Notes: a model not told the origin generated them from the letters alone. A stretch of DNA of 57,533 nt from Candidatus Sediminicultor quartus (GCA_011056645.1 DSEL01000186.1:1-57533); one strand, 5' to 3'; positions 40,482 through 50,005 are shown, counted from the first letter of the stretch. Translations and numbers: made by a program.

Positions 40482-41362
40482 TATCTTATGAATTTTTGAC
40501 CACCCGAAAAATAGAAGAAGCCTTGAATTACTTAGACAAATTAACTAAGGTTCATATTTTAGCTGGCGGAACGGACTTTTTAGTTGACCTTTATAAAAAA
40601 AGCTCTCGCTTACCGGACTTTGATTACCTGTTAGATATAAGCAATATCTCGGAATTAAAAATTATTAATTTAAATAACAATTTTATAGAAATAGGGCCGC
40701 TGGTAACCCATTCCCGTTTGATCAATGAGCCGCTTATTAAAAATAATTTTCCGATAATAAAGGAAGCAGCTTGTACCATTGGTTCAACCCAGATACGTAA
40801 TCGTGGTACTATCGGAGGAAATATTTTAAATGCTTCACCGGCAGCAGATCTTCTACCTCCTCTCATCGCCTTAAGAGCTGAAGTAGAATTAACTTTCAGG
40901 AAAGGCAAAAGGGTACTACCTTTAGAAGCATTTTTAGCTGGTCCTTACAAGACCAAATTACAGTCCAATGAGCTACTGACTAAGATAAAAATACCTCTGC
41001 TTGGTGATAATTATTATAGTGATTTTAAAAAAATTGGCCGGAGAAAAGCCTTATCTATTGCCAGATTAAGTCTTGCCCTGATTACCAAAATAAATAAAGA
41101 AGGTATTTTCCAAGATACCAGAGTTGTACCAGGTTCAGCTACACCTTATCCCCAATCCCTTCCAGAGACCGAAAAAGCGGTTAATAGTAAATCGATATTT
41201 AATATTGATTTAGAAGAGATTGGTAAGATAATCAGTAAGGAAATGATTTCTATCACTGGAGAAAGATGGTCTACTCCTTACAAAGAACCGACTATTGCTG
41301 TTCTAGTTAAGAGAGCGCTGAAAAAAATTATTGGGGAGGCAAAGATCAATAAAAATGAATAA
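40478..41362 (+). CDS. Xanthine dehydrogenase-family FAD-binding subunit
   Basis: AGGTD, QIRNRGTIGGN, SPAAD and GRRKA motifs. Confidence 0.92.
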   Translation: MISYEFLTTRKIEEALNYLDKLTKVHILAGGTDFLVDLYKKSSRLPDFDYLLDISNISELKIINLNNNFIEIGPLVTHSRLINEPLIKNNFPIIKEAACTIGSTQIRNRGTIGGNILNASPAADLLPPLIALRAEVELTFRKGKRVLPLEAFLAGPYKTKLQSNELLTKIKIPLLGDNYYSDFKKIGRRKALSIARLSLALITKINKEGIFQDTRVVPGSATPYPQSLPETEKAVNSKSIFNIDLEEIGKIISKEMISITGERWSTPYKEPTIAVLVKRALKKIIGEAKINKNE

Positions 41363-41843
41363 GATTATAGTTACTTTCATGGTTAATGGCAAGGAAGTAA
41401 CCTTAAAAGTAAGCCCTAAAGAGCGTTTACTTGATACTTTAAGAGAACAATTAAAATTAACTGGAACCAAAGAAGGTTGTAGTGTTGGTGAATGCGGAGC
41501 CTGCACGGTTATCCTTGATGAAAAAGCAGTTTCTTCCTGTCTGGTTCTTACCGGGCAGATCGGAGGGAGTGAGGTTTTAACTATTGAAGGGCTAGAAACT
41601 AATGGAAAGCTTGATCCTTTACAACAAGCTTTTATTGATTATCATGCCATACAATGCGGCTTCTGTACCCCGGGGATGTTGATGTCCGCCAAAGCATTAC
41701 TTATGCACAATCCTCATCCCAGCCGAGAAGAGATTAAAACTGCTATAGAAGGTAATCTTTGTCGTTGTACCGGTTATGAACAAATTATCCAAGCGATTGA
41801 ATATTGTCAAGGGGACGGTTCTACTGACAATATTTCTATTTAA
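41355..41843 (+). CDS. Xanthine dehydrogenase-family [2Fe-2S] subunit
   Basis: GCSVGECGAC..C, QCGFCTPG and NLCRCTGY motifs. ATG at 41355. The C-terminal tail derives from a repeat. Confidence 0.93.
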   Translation: MNKIIVTFMVNGKEVTLKVSPKERLLDTLREQLKLTGTKEGCSVGECGACTVILDEKAVSSCLVLTGQIGGSEVLTIEGLETNGKLDPLQQAFIDYHAIQCGFCTPGMLMSAKALLMHNPHPSREEIKTAIEGNLCRCTGYEQIIQAIEYCQGDGSTDNISI

Positions 41844-41874
41844 TATTGTCAGTAGAACCGTCCCCTTGACAATA
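41802..41874. repeat. Perfect 33-bp-arm palindrome (REP doublet, GGGGACGGTTCT family)
   Basis: TATTGTCAAGGGGACGGTTCTACTGACAATATT, a 7-nt loop, then its exact reverse complement. Confidence 0.9.
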
Positions 41875-41894
41875 GCAAGAAGGAGATTTTATAA

Positions 41895-43253
41895 ATGTCT
41901 TCTATATTAATTAAGAATATAAAAGAGATTGTAACTATGGATAGAGAAAGAACCAGATTAAAGAGTTACAGTCTTTTGATTAAAAATAATATAATCAGCA
42001 AAATTGCTCGTGATATAAAACTTGAAGCTGATAAGGTAATTGATGGTTCTGATTATTTTCTTTATCCTGGGTTGATAAATACCCATCACCACTTTTATCA
42101 AACTTTAACCAGAAATATTTCCCAGGTGCAAAATGTAGAGCTATTTAATTGGCTCAAATATCTTTATCCTATCTGGGCTCGCTTAACTCCCGAAGCAGTT
42201 TATTACAGTAGTCTGGTAGCTATGGGAGAACTTCTAAAAACCGGTTGTACTACTGCGGTGGATCAATTCTATGTTTTTCCCAAGGACCAGCCCAAAGAAC
42301 TGGTAGATGAAGAATTTAGAGCGGCTCAAGAAATTGGGATTCGATTTCATGGAAGCAGAGGCTCTATGTCTTTGAGCGAAAAAGATGGCGGATTGCCTCC
42401 GGATTCAGTAGTACAGACAGAAGAAGAGATTTTGAACGATTCTCAGCGGGTTATCGAAAAATTTCATGATTACCGGCCTTTTGCCATGCAAAGGGTGGTA
42501 TTATCCCCTTGTTCCCCGTTTTCGGTTACTGAAAATCTTTTGAAGGAATCGATTAAATTAGCTCGGAGTTATAAAGTAGAGAGCCATACCCATATAGCCG
42601 AAACCAAAGACGAAGATGATTTTTGTCAGGAAACTTTTGGTCTTCAACCATTAGATTATATGGAAAAAGTCGGCTGGTTGGGGAATGATGTTTGGTTTGC
42701 TCATTGTGTCCACCTGAATGAAAAAGAAATAAATTTATTGGCTGAAACAGGGACAGGAGTGGCGCATTGTCCGGTATCCAATCAGAAATTGGCTTCCGGA
42801 GCGGCGAATATTCCTTATATGTTAAAAAAGAATGTACCGGTGGGATTAGCAGTTGATGGCAGCGCCAGCAATGATTCTTCTAATATGATTGCTGAACTTA
42901 AAGCAGCTTTATTGATGCATCGATTAATTTATGGTATCTCCAGTATGTCTGCCGAAGAAGTGCTAAGTATGGCGACCAATGGTGGCCGTGATGTCCTTAA
43001 TCAGCCGGAGATTGGCAGTCTTGAAGAAGGAAAAGCGGCAGATATGTTTTTGATCAATGTAAAAAGATTAGGATTTGCCGGGGGTTTGCACGATTCTGTT
43101 TCTGCTCTGGTTACTTCCGGTGATTCCCAAATTGTGGATATTACGATAGTAAATGGCAGGATTGTAGTTCGTGATGGAAGATTGCTCTCTGTTAATGAAG
43201 ACAAAGTGGTGGAAAGGGCCAACAAGATTTCCCAAAAAATGATTGAAGGATAG
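41895..43253 (+). CDS. 8-oxoguanine deaminase/AtzB-like amidohydrolase
   Basis: NTHHHFYQ, PCSPFS, HTHIAE, AHCVH, HCPVSN and AVDGSASND motifs. Confidence 0.88.
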   Translation: MSSILIKNIKEIVTMDRERTRLKSYSLLIKNNIISKIARDIKLEADKVIDGSDYFLYPGLINTHHHFYQTLTRNISQVQNVELFNWLKYLYPIWARLTPEAVYYSSLVAMGELLKTGCTTAVDQFYVFPKDQPKELVDEEFRAAQEIGIRFHGSRGSMSLSEKDGGLPPDSVVQTEEEILNDSQRVIEKFHDYRPFAMQRVVLSPCSPFSVTENLLKESIKLARSYKVESHTHIAETKDEDDFCQETFGLQPLDYMEKVGWLGNDVWFAHCVHLNEKEINLLAETGTGVAHCPVSNQKLASGAANIPYMLKKNVPVGLAVDGSASNDSSNMIAELKAALLMHRLIYGISSMSAEEVLSMATNGGRDVLNQPEIGSLEEGKAADMFLINVKRLGFAGGLHDSVSALVTSGDSQIVDITIVNGRIVVRDGRLLSVNEDKVVERANKISQKMIEG

Positions 43254-43267
43254 AGGAGGGGAGAAAG

Positions 43268-44599
43268 ATGTTGATCGTCGGAAATGGAACAGTTCTTACT
43301 TTTGATAAAAATTCCCGGGTTATCTCTAAGGGCGGAGTAGTAATCGAGGAAGAGAGAATTTTGGCAGTCGGGGATACGGCAAAATTACTGATCAAATATC
43401 CTAAAGCCGCATTTAAAGATGTTCAAGGCAAGATAATAATGCCGGGTATGATTAATACTCATATGCACCTTTATAGCACTTTTGCTCGAGGTATGAACCT
43501 TAAAACTGAGCAACCACCTAAAAATTTTGTGGAAATATTAGAAAAACTATGGTGGAGATTAGATAAAATTTTAAACGAAGAAGATATATATTGCAGTGCT
43601 ATTTATGCTCTTTTAGATAGTGTTAAAAAAGGAACTACCACTATTTTTGATCATCATGCCAGCAGCAATCTTATCGATGGTAGTTTAGACATTATTACTG
43701 AAGCAGTCCGACAAACCGGTATTCGGGCAAATCTATCGTACGAGATTTCCGATCGGGATGGTCATGAAAAAGCTTTAGATGGGATCAGAGAAAACGAAAG
43801 ATTTATTAAAAAAGCACAGCAGGAAGGCAATAATTGCCTGGGAGGATTAATCGGACTTCATGCTTCCTTTACATTGAATAATGAGACTTTAACTGAAGTG
43901 GCTGCTCTGGCAGACAGGCTGAGAGTCCCTTTTCATATTCACGTTGCTGAGGGTAAAGCCGATTACTATGAAAGTAAAACCAGGGGTTATCAAGGGGTAG
44001 CCGAACGCTTAAATCGCTTTCATATCCTGCGACCCGGTACTTTGGCTATCCATGGAGTTTATCTTAAAGAAGAGGAATTAGAAGTTATCAAGGAGCACAA
44101 CAGTTACTTAATCCATAATCCAGAATCTAATATGGGTAATGCAGTGGGTACTGCTCCAATTAAAGCTGCCATGGATAAGGGTGTAATAGTAGGATTGGGG
44201 ACAGATGGTTATACCAGCGATATGTTTGAAAGTATTAAAGTAGCTAATCTATTACAAAAACACGATTCAGGTAATCCCCAGGCTGGCTGGGCAGAAGTCT
44301 TTAAGATAGTTTTTAAGAATAACTGTGAAATTGCATCCGGATTTTTTGGAGAAACTTTGGGCGTCCTTCAAGCTGGAGTCCCAGCGGATGTTATTGTGGT
44401 AGATTATTATCCGCCTACTCCTATTAACAGTGAAAATGCTTATTTCCATATTTTATTTGGTATAAGTGGAGATATGGTCGATACCACTATTGTCGGAGGT
44501 AAAATATTAATGGAAGATCGAGAGATATGTGGTATAGATTACCAAAGAATTACTAAAAGAGTAAGAGAACAAGCAGAGAAGTTTTGGAAACGATTTTAA
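43268..44599 (+). CDS. ssnA: SsnA-like aminohydrolase
   Basis: NTHMHLYSTFARG, DHHAS, GLHASFT, HIHVAE, HNPESNMGN and GTDG motifs. Confidence 0.85.
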   Translation: MLIVGNGTVLTFDKNSRVISKGGVVIEEERILAVGDTAKLLIKYPKAAFKDVQGKIIMPGMINTHMHLYSTFARGMNLKTEQPPKNFVEILEKLWWRLDKILNEEDIYCSAIYALLDSVKKGTTTIFDHHASSNLIDGSLDIITEAVRQTGIRANLSYEISDRDGHEKALDGIRENERFIKKAQQEGNNCLGGLIGLHASFTLNNETLTEVAALADRLRVPFHIHVAEGKADYYESKTRGYQGVAERLNRFHILRPGTLAIHGVYLKEEELEVIKEHNSYLIHNPESNMGNAVGTAPIKAAMDKGVIVGLGTDGYTSDMFESIKVANLLQKHDSGNPQAGWAEVFKIVFKNNCEIASGFFGETLGVLQAGVPADVIVVDYYPPTPINSENAYFHILFGISGDMVDTTIVGGKILMEDREICGIDYQRITKRVREQAEKFWKRF

Positions 44600-44722
44600 A
44601 ACTCCCCCTGTCTTTATGAAGGTAAAAGCTCCTATTTATATGGATAAAGCTTATTCAATAGATGATCAATTTTTATATAATAAAGATATAAAAAATATTT
44701 TTAAAATTTGTTTAAAATTTAC

Positions 44723-44750
44723 TTGACATTGCATGAAAAATAAGTATACT
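44723..44750 (+). promoter_or_regulatory. Sigma70/SigA-type promoter
   Basis: TTGACA-16 nt-TATACT. Confidence 0.7.
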
Positions 44751-44756
44751 TATTCA

Positions 44757-44884
44757 GTGTATAATTGATAATTGTTTGAATGATGTACTAAATTAAGGTA
44801 ACAAACAACAAAACAATCTTTTTCATAATTATACCTCCTTTACAAGCTCGCTTTGCTCATGGCAAGGCGAGCTTTTATTTTTTT
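44757..44884 (+). ncRNA. Candidate ~125-nt small RNA or leader with an anti-Shine-Dalgarno sequence
   Basis: Bounded by a consensus promoter and an intrinsic terminator, with no plus-strand ORF. Contains a C/A-rich tract and ACCTCCTTT (44833-44841). No known family recognised. Confidence 0.45.
44844..44884 (+). terminator. Rho-independent terminator
   Basis: AAGCTCGCTTTGC-TCATG-GCAAGGCGAGCTT 13-bp stem (one G.U) followed by a long T tract. Confidence 0.85.
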
Positions 44885-44979
44885 CGTAAAAAAAGAGGAT
44901 TTATAAAAACATTTATAGAATTATAATTATATCTAACTGGCAAATAATAAAAACATCATTTTTTCCAAAGGAGAAAATT

Positions 44980-45609
44980 ATAATAAATAAAATAAGTTTT
45001 TTACTAATTTTTATCCTGATCTTAAATATATTCCTGTGGTTAGGTAATTTTTCAGCAGATAGTAAGTTTTACGTCATTAAGGATCAAGCGGGAAATATAG
45101 TGCGCTTTACTTCCCAGCATAAGATTACCGGGGAAGAGAAGGCAGCAGGCTACACTATTATTGAAAAATATAGTCTCCCCAAAGAGACAGATCCTTATGG
45201 CTTTAATAAAATAGATTGGGAAAAAGCAGAAGCAAAAGCAGAAGAAATAAAAAAAGCATTGAAAGCCGGGAAGGATAAAGATCTGCCCTATCCGCAATTT
45301 ACCGTAGTGGCCACCGCTTATACTCCCCACCAGAGATCATGTTGGCCTTATGCTGATGGTTTTACTTCAACGAACTACAAAGCCGGATATAGAAGCATAG
45401 CGATTGACCCTGAATACGGTATTTTTCGTTATGGAGATGTGTTATATATAGAAGGTTACGGAGTAGGGTTAGCCAATGATTGTGGAAGTGCTATTATAGG
45501 GAACAGGATAGATGTGTGTTACGACCTGGGGGATGAGCAAAAAGCCCTGGATTGGGGAAAGAAAAAAGTAAGGACATGGATTTTAACTCGATTGGCAGGT
45601 GATAAGTAG
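44980..45609 (+). CDS. Secreted or membrane-anchored 3D-domain cell-wall protein
   Basis: ATAY, IAIDP, ANDCGSAIIGNRID (three-Asp domain). The frame is open upstream of the GTG at 45100 and encodes a hydrophobic signal-like segment. Start placed at ATA 44980 behind AAAGGAG by inference. Confidence 0.75.
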   Translation: MINKISFLLIFILILNIFLWLGNFSADSKFYVIKDQAGNIVRFTSQHKITGEEKAAGYTIIEKYSLPKETDPYGFNKIDWEKAEAKAEEIKKALKAGKDKDLPYPQFTVVATAYTPHQRSCWPYADGFTSTNYKAGYRSIAIDPEYGIFRYGDVLYIEGYGVGLANDCGSAIIGNRIDVCYDLGDEQKALDWGKKKVRTWILTRLAGDK

Positions 45610-45681
45610 TATTTTTTAAAATAAAAAAGAAGAGAATTTTGTTTGAATATTTAAAAAAATGGTGTAATGAGGAGGAAATCA

Positions 45682-46149
45682 ATGAAAAAAATTAATTATC
45701 TATTTGGTTTTTTGCTTTTGGTTATAGGAATAGTATTAATATTATCGAACTTTGGGATAATAAAAATTATTTGGGAGAATTTATGGCCTTTATTTTTATT
45801 AGTACCGGGGATTATTTTTGAATTGAGTTATTTTATCTACAGGAATGATTCCGGTCTTTTGGTCCCAGGGGGGATACTTCTTACTTATGGTTTATTATTT
45901 TTAGTTAATGTTACATATGGCTGGCACTTGATGGAAGATTTGTGGCCTATCTTCCCTTTGGGGGTAGCAATAGGTTTACTTCAGCTTTATCTTTTTGGAA
46001 CGCGAGAAAAGGGACTCTTAATTCCAATCGGGATTTTGAGCACCGTTTCTCTATTTTTCTTGGTCAATAATTTATTTTTTGTTGATTTTGCTTTTTTAGC
46101 AGGAATTGTATTAGTAATAATTGGAGCATGGTTTATAATAAAAAAATAG
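45682..46149 (+). CDS. Small multi-pass membrane protein (LiaF/DUF5668-like TM repeats)
   Basis: Repeated LWPLF/LWPIF hydrophobic motifs. ATG at 45682 after GAGGAGG. Confidence 0.7.
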   Translation: MKKINYLFGFLLLVIGIVLILSNFGIIKIIWENLWPLFLLVPGIIFELSYFIYRNDSGLLVPGGILLTYGLLFLVNVTYGWHLMEDLWPIFPLGVAIGLLQLYLFGTREKGLLIPIGILSTVSLFFLVNNLFFVDFAFLAGIVLVIIGAWFIIKK

Positions 46150-46190
46150 GGACACATCCCATTAAATTTATCAGGATGTGTCCCTATTTT
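46143..46190. repeat. REP doublet, GGGACACATCCC family
   Basis: AAAATAGGGACACATCC ... GGATGTGTCCCTATTTT 17-bp arms. The left arm contains the upstream gene's TAG stop. Confidence 0.85.
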
Positions 46191-46452
46191 CCAATGTTGG
46201 CTCTTGTTTTTTCCTTGGGCGTTTGGTATATTTATACTAATTATAGTAGATGAAAATAGTAGCACGATCTAGGAAGAATAGTATCGATATATTCGAAGAG
46301 TATTACCGGAAACCAACTGATTTACTGTCCTATCATTAGAAGATTTTATTGAAAAAAAATCCTATTACCATACTCATTAATTTAATAAATTTAATAGATA
46401 GTACAGATAAGAGCTTTAATTAATCCCGCATACAACAAAGAAGGATAAAGGA

Positions 46453-47994
46453 GTGACCTTGGATAATTCAGAAGGTTATGCAATCGAATTACGAGGAATT
46501 GTTAAGCGGTTTCCCGGTGTAATTGCTAATAACGGTATTGATCTCAAGGTTTGTCGTGGCGAGATTCATTGTCTTCTCGGAGAGAATGGCGCAGGTAAAA
46601 CTACTTTAATGCGTGTCCTTTATGGCCTCTATCAACCCGACGAAGGGGAGATTATCCTAAACGGCCAACCAATTCAAATGACCTCTCCTCGAACTGCACT
46701 TAATTACCATATCGGAATGGTACACCAACACTTCCGCCTTGTTCCTACGCTATCGGTGGAGGAGAACATTATTCTCGGTTTAGATGAGGGAACCGGTTTA
46801 TTTATGAATTTCCACAAGATAAGAGAAAAGATTTCATCTATCGCTCGAGAATATGGTCTACCGGTCGACTTGCAGGCAAAGATTTGGCAGTTAACTGTTG
46901 GTCAACAACAGCGGGTGGAAATCTTAAAGGCGCTTTATCGTAAGGTCAATATCCTGATCATGGACGAGCCAACAAGTGTCCTTACCCCCCAGGAGGTTGA
47001 TCAATTATTTACCACCTTACGTACCTTAGTTGATGACGGATTAACTATTATCTTCATTACTCACAAACTTGATGAGGTGATGCAGGTGAGTGACCGGGTG
47101 ACAGTACTGCGTAAGGGAAAGGTTGTAGCAAATCTCATTACTACCAAGACGGATAAACCAACTTTGGCCAAGCTAATGGTCGGTCGCGAGGTGGTCTTTC
47201 GTCTAAAGAAGAGCCCCTTGAAACAAAGAGAGAAGCTTCTTGAGGTAAATGACCTGCATGTATTGAACGATCGCGGACTCCCGGCTCTTCGTGGACTATC
47301 CTTTGATCTTTTCGGAGGAGAGATTCTGGGTATAGCCGGAGTATCAGGCAACGGGCAAACAGAACTCGCGGAAGTTATTACCGGGCTACGTAAGTCAACA
47401 AGGGGAAAAATATTATTAGCCAACAAAGAAGTTACTAATTATTCTGCGCGAGAAATGAACGATCTGCATGTTGCTCACATTCCGTCGGAGAGAATTAAGA
47501 TGGGAATTGTCCCTGCTCTTAGCATTCGTGAGAATCTGATTCTGAAAAAATATTGTCGACCTCCTTTTTCTCATAGAGAATTTCTTAACAACAAAGCAAT
47601 TGAAGATAATGCACGTTGCGCAATGTCTGATTTCCAAATAACTGCTCCGAGTTGTGAAACACCTGCAAAACTCCTCTCAGGAGGGAACATTCAAAAAGTA
47701 ATCCTGGCACGCGAACTATCCGAAAGACCTAATCTGATTGTTGCGGTGCATCCTACTTATGGTCTCGATATCGGTGCTACCGAACAGGTGCGGCAAACTC
47801 TCTTAGCACAACGGGAACAAGGTGCAGCCACTTTGCTCATCTCAGAGGATTTAGAGGAAATTATGACCCTGTCTGACCGGATTCTGGTCCTATTCAATGG
47901 TGAGGCAATGGGTATTCTCAATACAGAGAGAGTCGATATAGAGCAGATTGGTTTAATGATGGCTGGCACAAGGTACCATAAGGGAGAAGAATAA
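46453..47994 (+). CDS. Nucleoside/purine ABC transporter ATP-binding protein (duplicated NBD)
   Basis: GENGAGKT, GMVHQHF, MDEPT, LSGGNIQK and PTYGLD motifs. Confidence 0.93.
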   Translation: MTLDNSEGYAIELRGIVKRFPGVIANNGIDLKVCRGEIHCLLGENGAGKTTLMRVLYGLYQPDEGEIILNGQPIQMTSPRTALNYHIGMVHQHFRLVPTLSVEENIILGLDEGTGLFMNFHKIREKISSIAREYGLPVDLQAKIWQLTVGQQQRVEILKALYRKVNILIMDEPTSVLTPQEVDQLFTTLRTLVDDGLTIIFITHKLDEVMQVSDRVTVLRKGKVVANLITTKTDKPTLAKLMVGREVVFRLKKSPLKQREKLLEVNDLHVLNDRGLPALRGLSFDLFGGEILGIAGVSGNGQTELAEVITGLRKSTRGKILLANKEVTNYSAREMNDLHVAHIPSERIKMGIVPALSIRENLILKKYCRPPFSHREFLNNKAIEDNARCAMSDFQITAPSCETPAKLLSGGNIQKVILARELSERPNLIVAVHPTYGLDIGATEQVRQTLLAQREQGAATLLISEDLEEIMTLSDRILVLFNGEAMGILNTERVDIEQIGLMMAGTRYHKGEE

Positions 47995-49073
47995 TGAAGA
48001 GACATGTAGGTATTAAAATTGAGAGAAAACCGCTTGCCTCTGGACAGGAAGTGTTTTTTGTATCACTTCTGGCTATTCTTGCAGCATTCCTGGTAGCAGG
48101 AATATTCTTCCGGGTTTATGGCGTTTCTCCTATCAAAGCCTATCAGCTAATACTACATGGATCACTGGGAAGCAGATTTGGTTTAGCCGAAACAGTACGC
48201 AGAGCAATTCCTCTATTGCTCTGCGGAGTAGGATTAACCATTGCCTTTCGCGCCCTCTTTTGGAATATCGGTGCTGAGGGACAGCTCCTCATGGGAGCGG
48301 TTGCTGCCACTGGAATTGCTCTCTTTAGTGGGTTGCCGGATCCACTACTCTTACCGGCGATGTTTATTGGTGGATTTATTGGCGGAGCAATATGGGGATT
48401 TATTCCGGCTATCTTAAAGGTAATATTAGGATTAAACGATGTCATTACGACGCTAATGATGAATTATATTGCTATCTACTTTATAGAATGGTTAATCCAC
48501 GGTCCATGGAAAGGACCCTCTGCGCGCGGATTTGCCTATTCAGATACCTTTCCACGAGCTGCCTGGCTGCCGACTATCTACAATACACGCATCCACTGGC
48601 CAACATTAATGCTGGGGCTTTTTCTTGCTGTTATGATGTACGTAATGGTTACACATACCAGGAGTGGATTTGAGATTCGAGTTATCGGGGAAAATCCCGA
48701 TGCAGCAAAATTTGCCGGTATCAGCCAACTTAAGACCACCCTGCTTGTCATGTTGATCTCCGGAGGTTTTGCAGGCTTAGCCGGAGTTGGTGAGATAGCG
48801 GGTATTCATCTACGACTATTGGGACCGACTAATATCTCGATGGGGTATGGCTATACTGCAATCATCGTTGCCTGGCTGGCAAGGCGCAATCCTTTGGCGG
48901 TAATCATCACCTCATTTTTATTTGGCGCTATTATGACCGGAGGGGATGTAATTAAAGTATCGCTTGGACTACCCTTCCAGTTGATCAATGTATTTAACGG
49001 ATTAATATTATTTTTCCTTATCGGAAGTGAAATTATTCTTCGTTACAAAATATCCTTTTTATCGAGGAGGTAG
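47994..49073 (+). CDS. Nucleoside/purine ABC transporter permease
   Basis: WNIGAEGQ, TTLMMNY and GYGYTAIIVA motifs. Confidence 0.9.
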   Translation: MKRHVGIKIERKPLASGQEVFFVSLLAILAAFLVAGIFFRVYGVSPIKAYQLILHGSLGSRFGLAETVRRAIPLLLCGVGLTIAFRALFWNIGAEGQLLMGAVAATGIALFSGLPDPLLLPAMFIGGFIGGAIWGFIPAILKVILGLNDVITTLMMNYIAIYFIEWLIHGPWKGPSARGFAYSDTFPRAAWLPTIYNTRIHWPTLMLGLFLAVMMYVMVTHTRSGFEIRVIGENPDAAKFAGISQLKTTLLVMLISGGFAGLAGVGEIAGIHLRLLGPTNISMGYGYTAIIVAWLARRNPLAVIITSFLFGAIMTGGDVIKVSLGLPFQLINVFNGLILFFLIGSEIILRYKISFLSRR

Positions 49074-49075
49074 CT

Positions 49076-50005
49076 ATGGGTTGGGAAACATGGATAATTA
49101 CAACACTCAGCCGTTCTCTTGCTTATGGGACGCCACTTCTTTTGGGAACACTTGGTGAGATCTACGCGGAACGTTCAGGTGTATTGAATCTTGGTGTCGA
49201 GGGCATGATGATCATGGGGGCTTATTCTGCTTTCACCACTGCCTATATCACTAAAAATCCCTGGTTGGGGATCCTGATGGGTGCAGTTGTCGGTGGCGTC
49301 TTTTCTTTAATCCACGCTTTTACCAGCGTAACACTTAAAGCGAACCAGGTAATATCCGGACTTTCCCTTACCATGCTCGGTCTTGGTCTATCAGGTGTAT
49401 TAGGACGGGGTTGGGAGGGTAAGCCGCTTCCTGTACCGCTTCCCAAGATCACCATTTCGGGACTCTCCAGTATCCCTTTTTTGGGGCCTGCACTTTTCGA
49501 AAATCAGAATTTTATTGTTTATCTAACAATTCTTATTGTGCCTTTATTGTGGTATATACTCTATCGTACGAGAATCGGGATCACCATCCGTTCTGTAGGG
49601 GAGAGCCCTGCTACTGCCGACTCTTTAGGGATAAATGTTAATCGGGTACGTTATGTATGTGTACTTTTAGGAGGGATCCTCGCCGGTGTAGCAGGGGGAT
49701 ATCTTTCGGTTGCCTATCGACCAGCATGGACCGAGGGAATGACTGCGGGAATGGGATGGATTGTTATTGCTTTGACTATTTTTGCTTTTTGGAATCCGGT
49801 TAATGGTATGTTAGGAGCCTACTTGTTCGCCGCTCTTTATCATTTGTCGTATCGCCTACAGCCGTGGGTATCACCGGAATTGCTTAAAGCAATGCCTTAC
49901 GCATTTGCCATTCTGGTATTAATATTTGTCTCGCGTGGAACCTTACAAAAGCGGATGGGATCACCGGCTGCATTATCCTTACCTTACACCAGGGGAGAGG
50001 AGTGA
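49076..50005 (+). CDS. Nucleoside/purine ABC transporter permease
   Basis: ERSGVLNLGVEG, GESP and GMGWIVIAL motifs. Confidence 0.9.
   Translation: MGWETWIITTLSRSLAYGTPLLLGTLGEIYAERSGVLNLGVEGMMIMGAYSAFTTAYITKNPWLGILMGAVVGGVFSLIHAFTSVTLKANQVISGLSLTMLGLGLSGVLGRGWEGKPLPVPLPKITISGLSSIPFLGPALFENQNFIVYLTILIVPLLWYILYRTRIGITIRSVGESPATADSLGINVNRVRYVCVLLGGILAGVAGGYLSVAYRPAWTEGMTAGMGWIVIALTIFAFWNPVNGMLGAYLFAALYHLSYRLQPWVSPELLKAMPYAFAILVLIFVSRGTLQKRMGSPAALSLPYTRGEE

Noticed and set aside
44757-44980. c-di-AMP (ydaO) riboswitch expected upstream of a 3D-domain gene
   Set aside because: No ydaO consensus elements are visible and the region is too AT-rich.
46261-46330. Purine-riboswitch-like words (GATAT, AGTATTACCGGAAACC) upstream of the nucleoside ABC operon
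   Set aside because: Context is tempting, but I could not form P1/P2/P3 stems or the CCGTAAA loop. An Rfam RF00167 scan would settle it.
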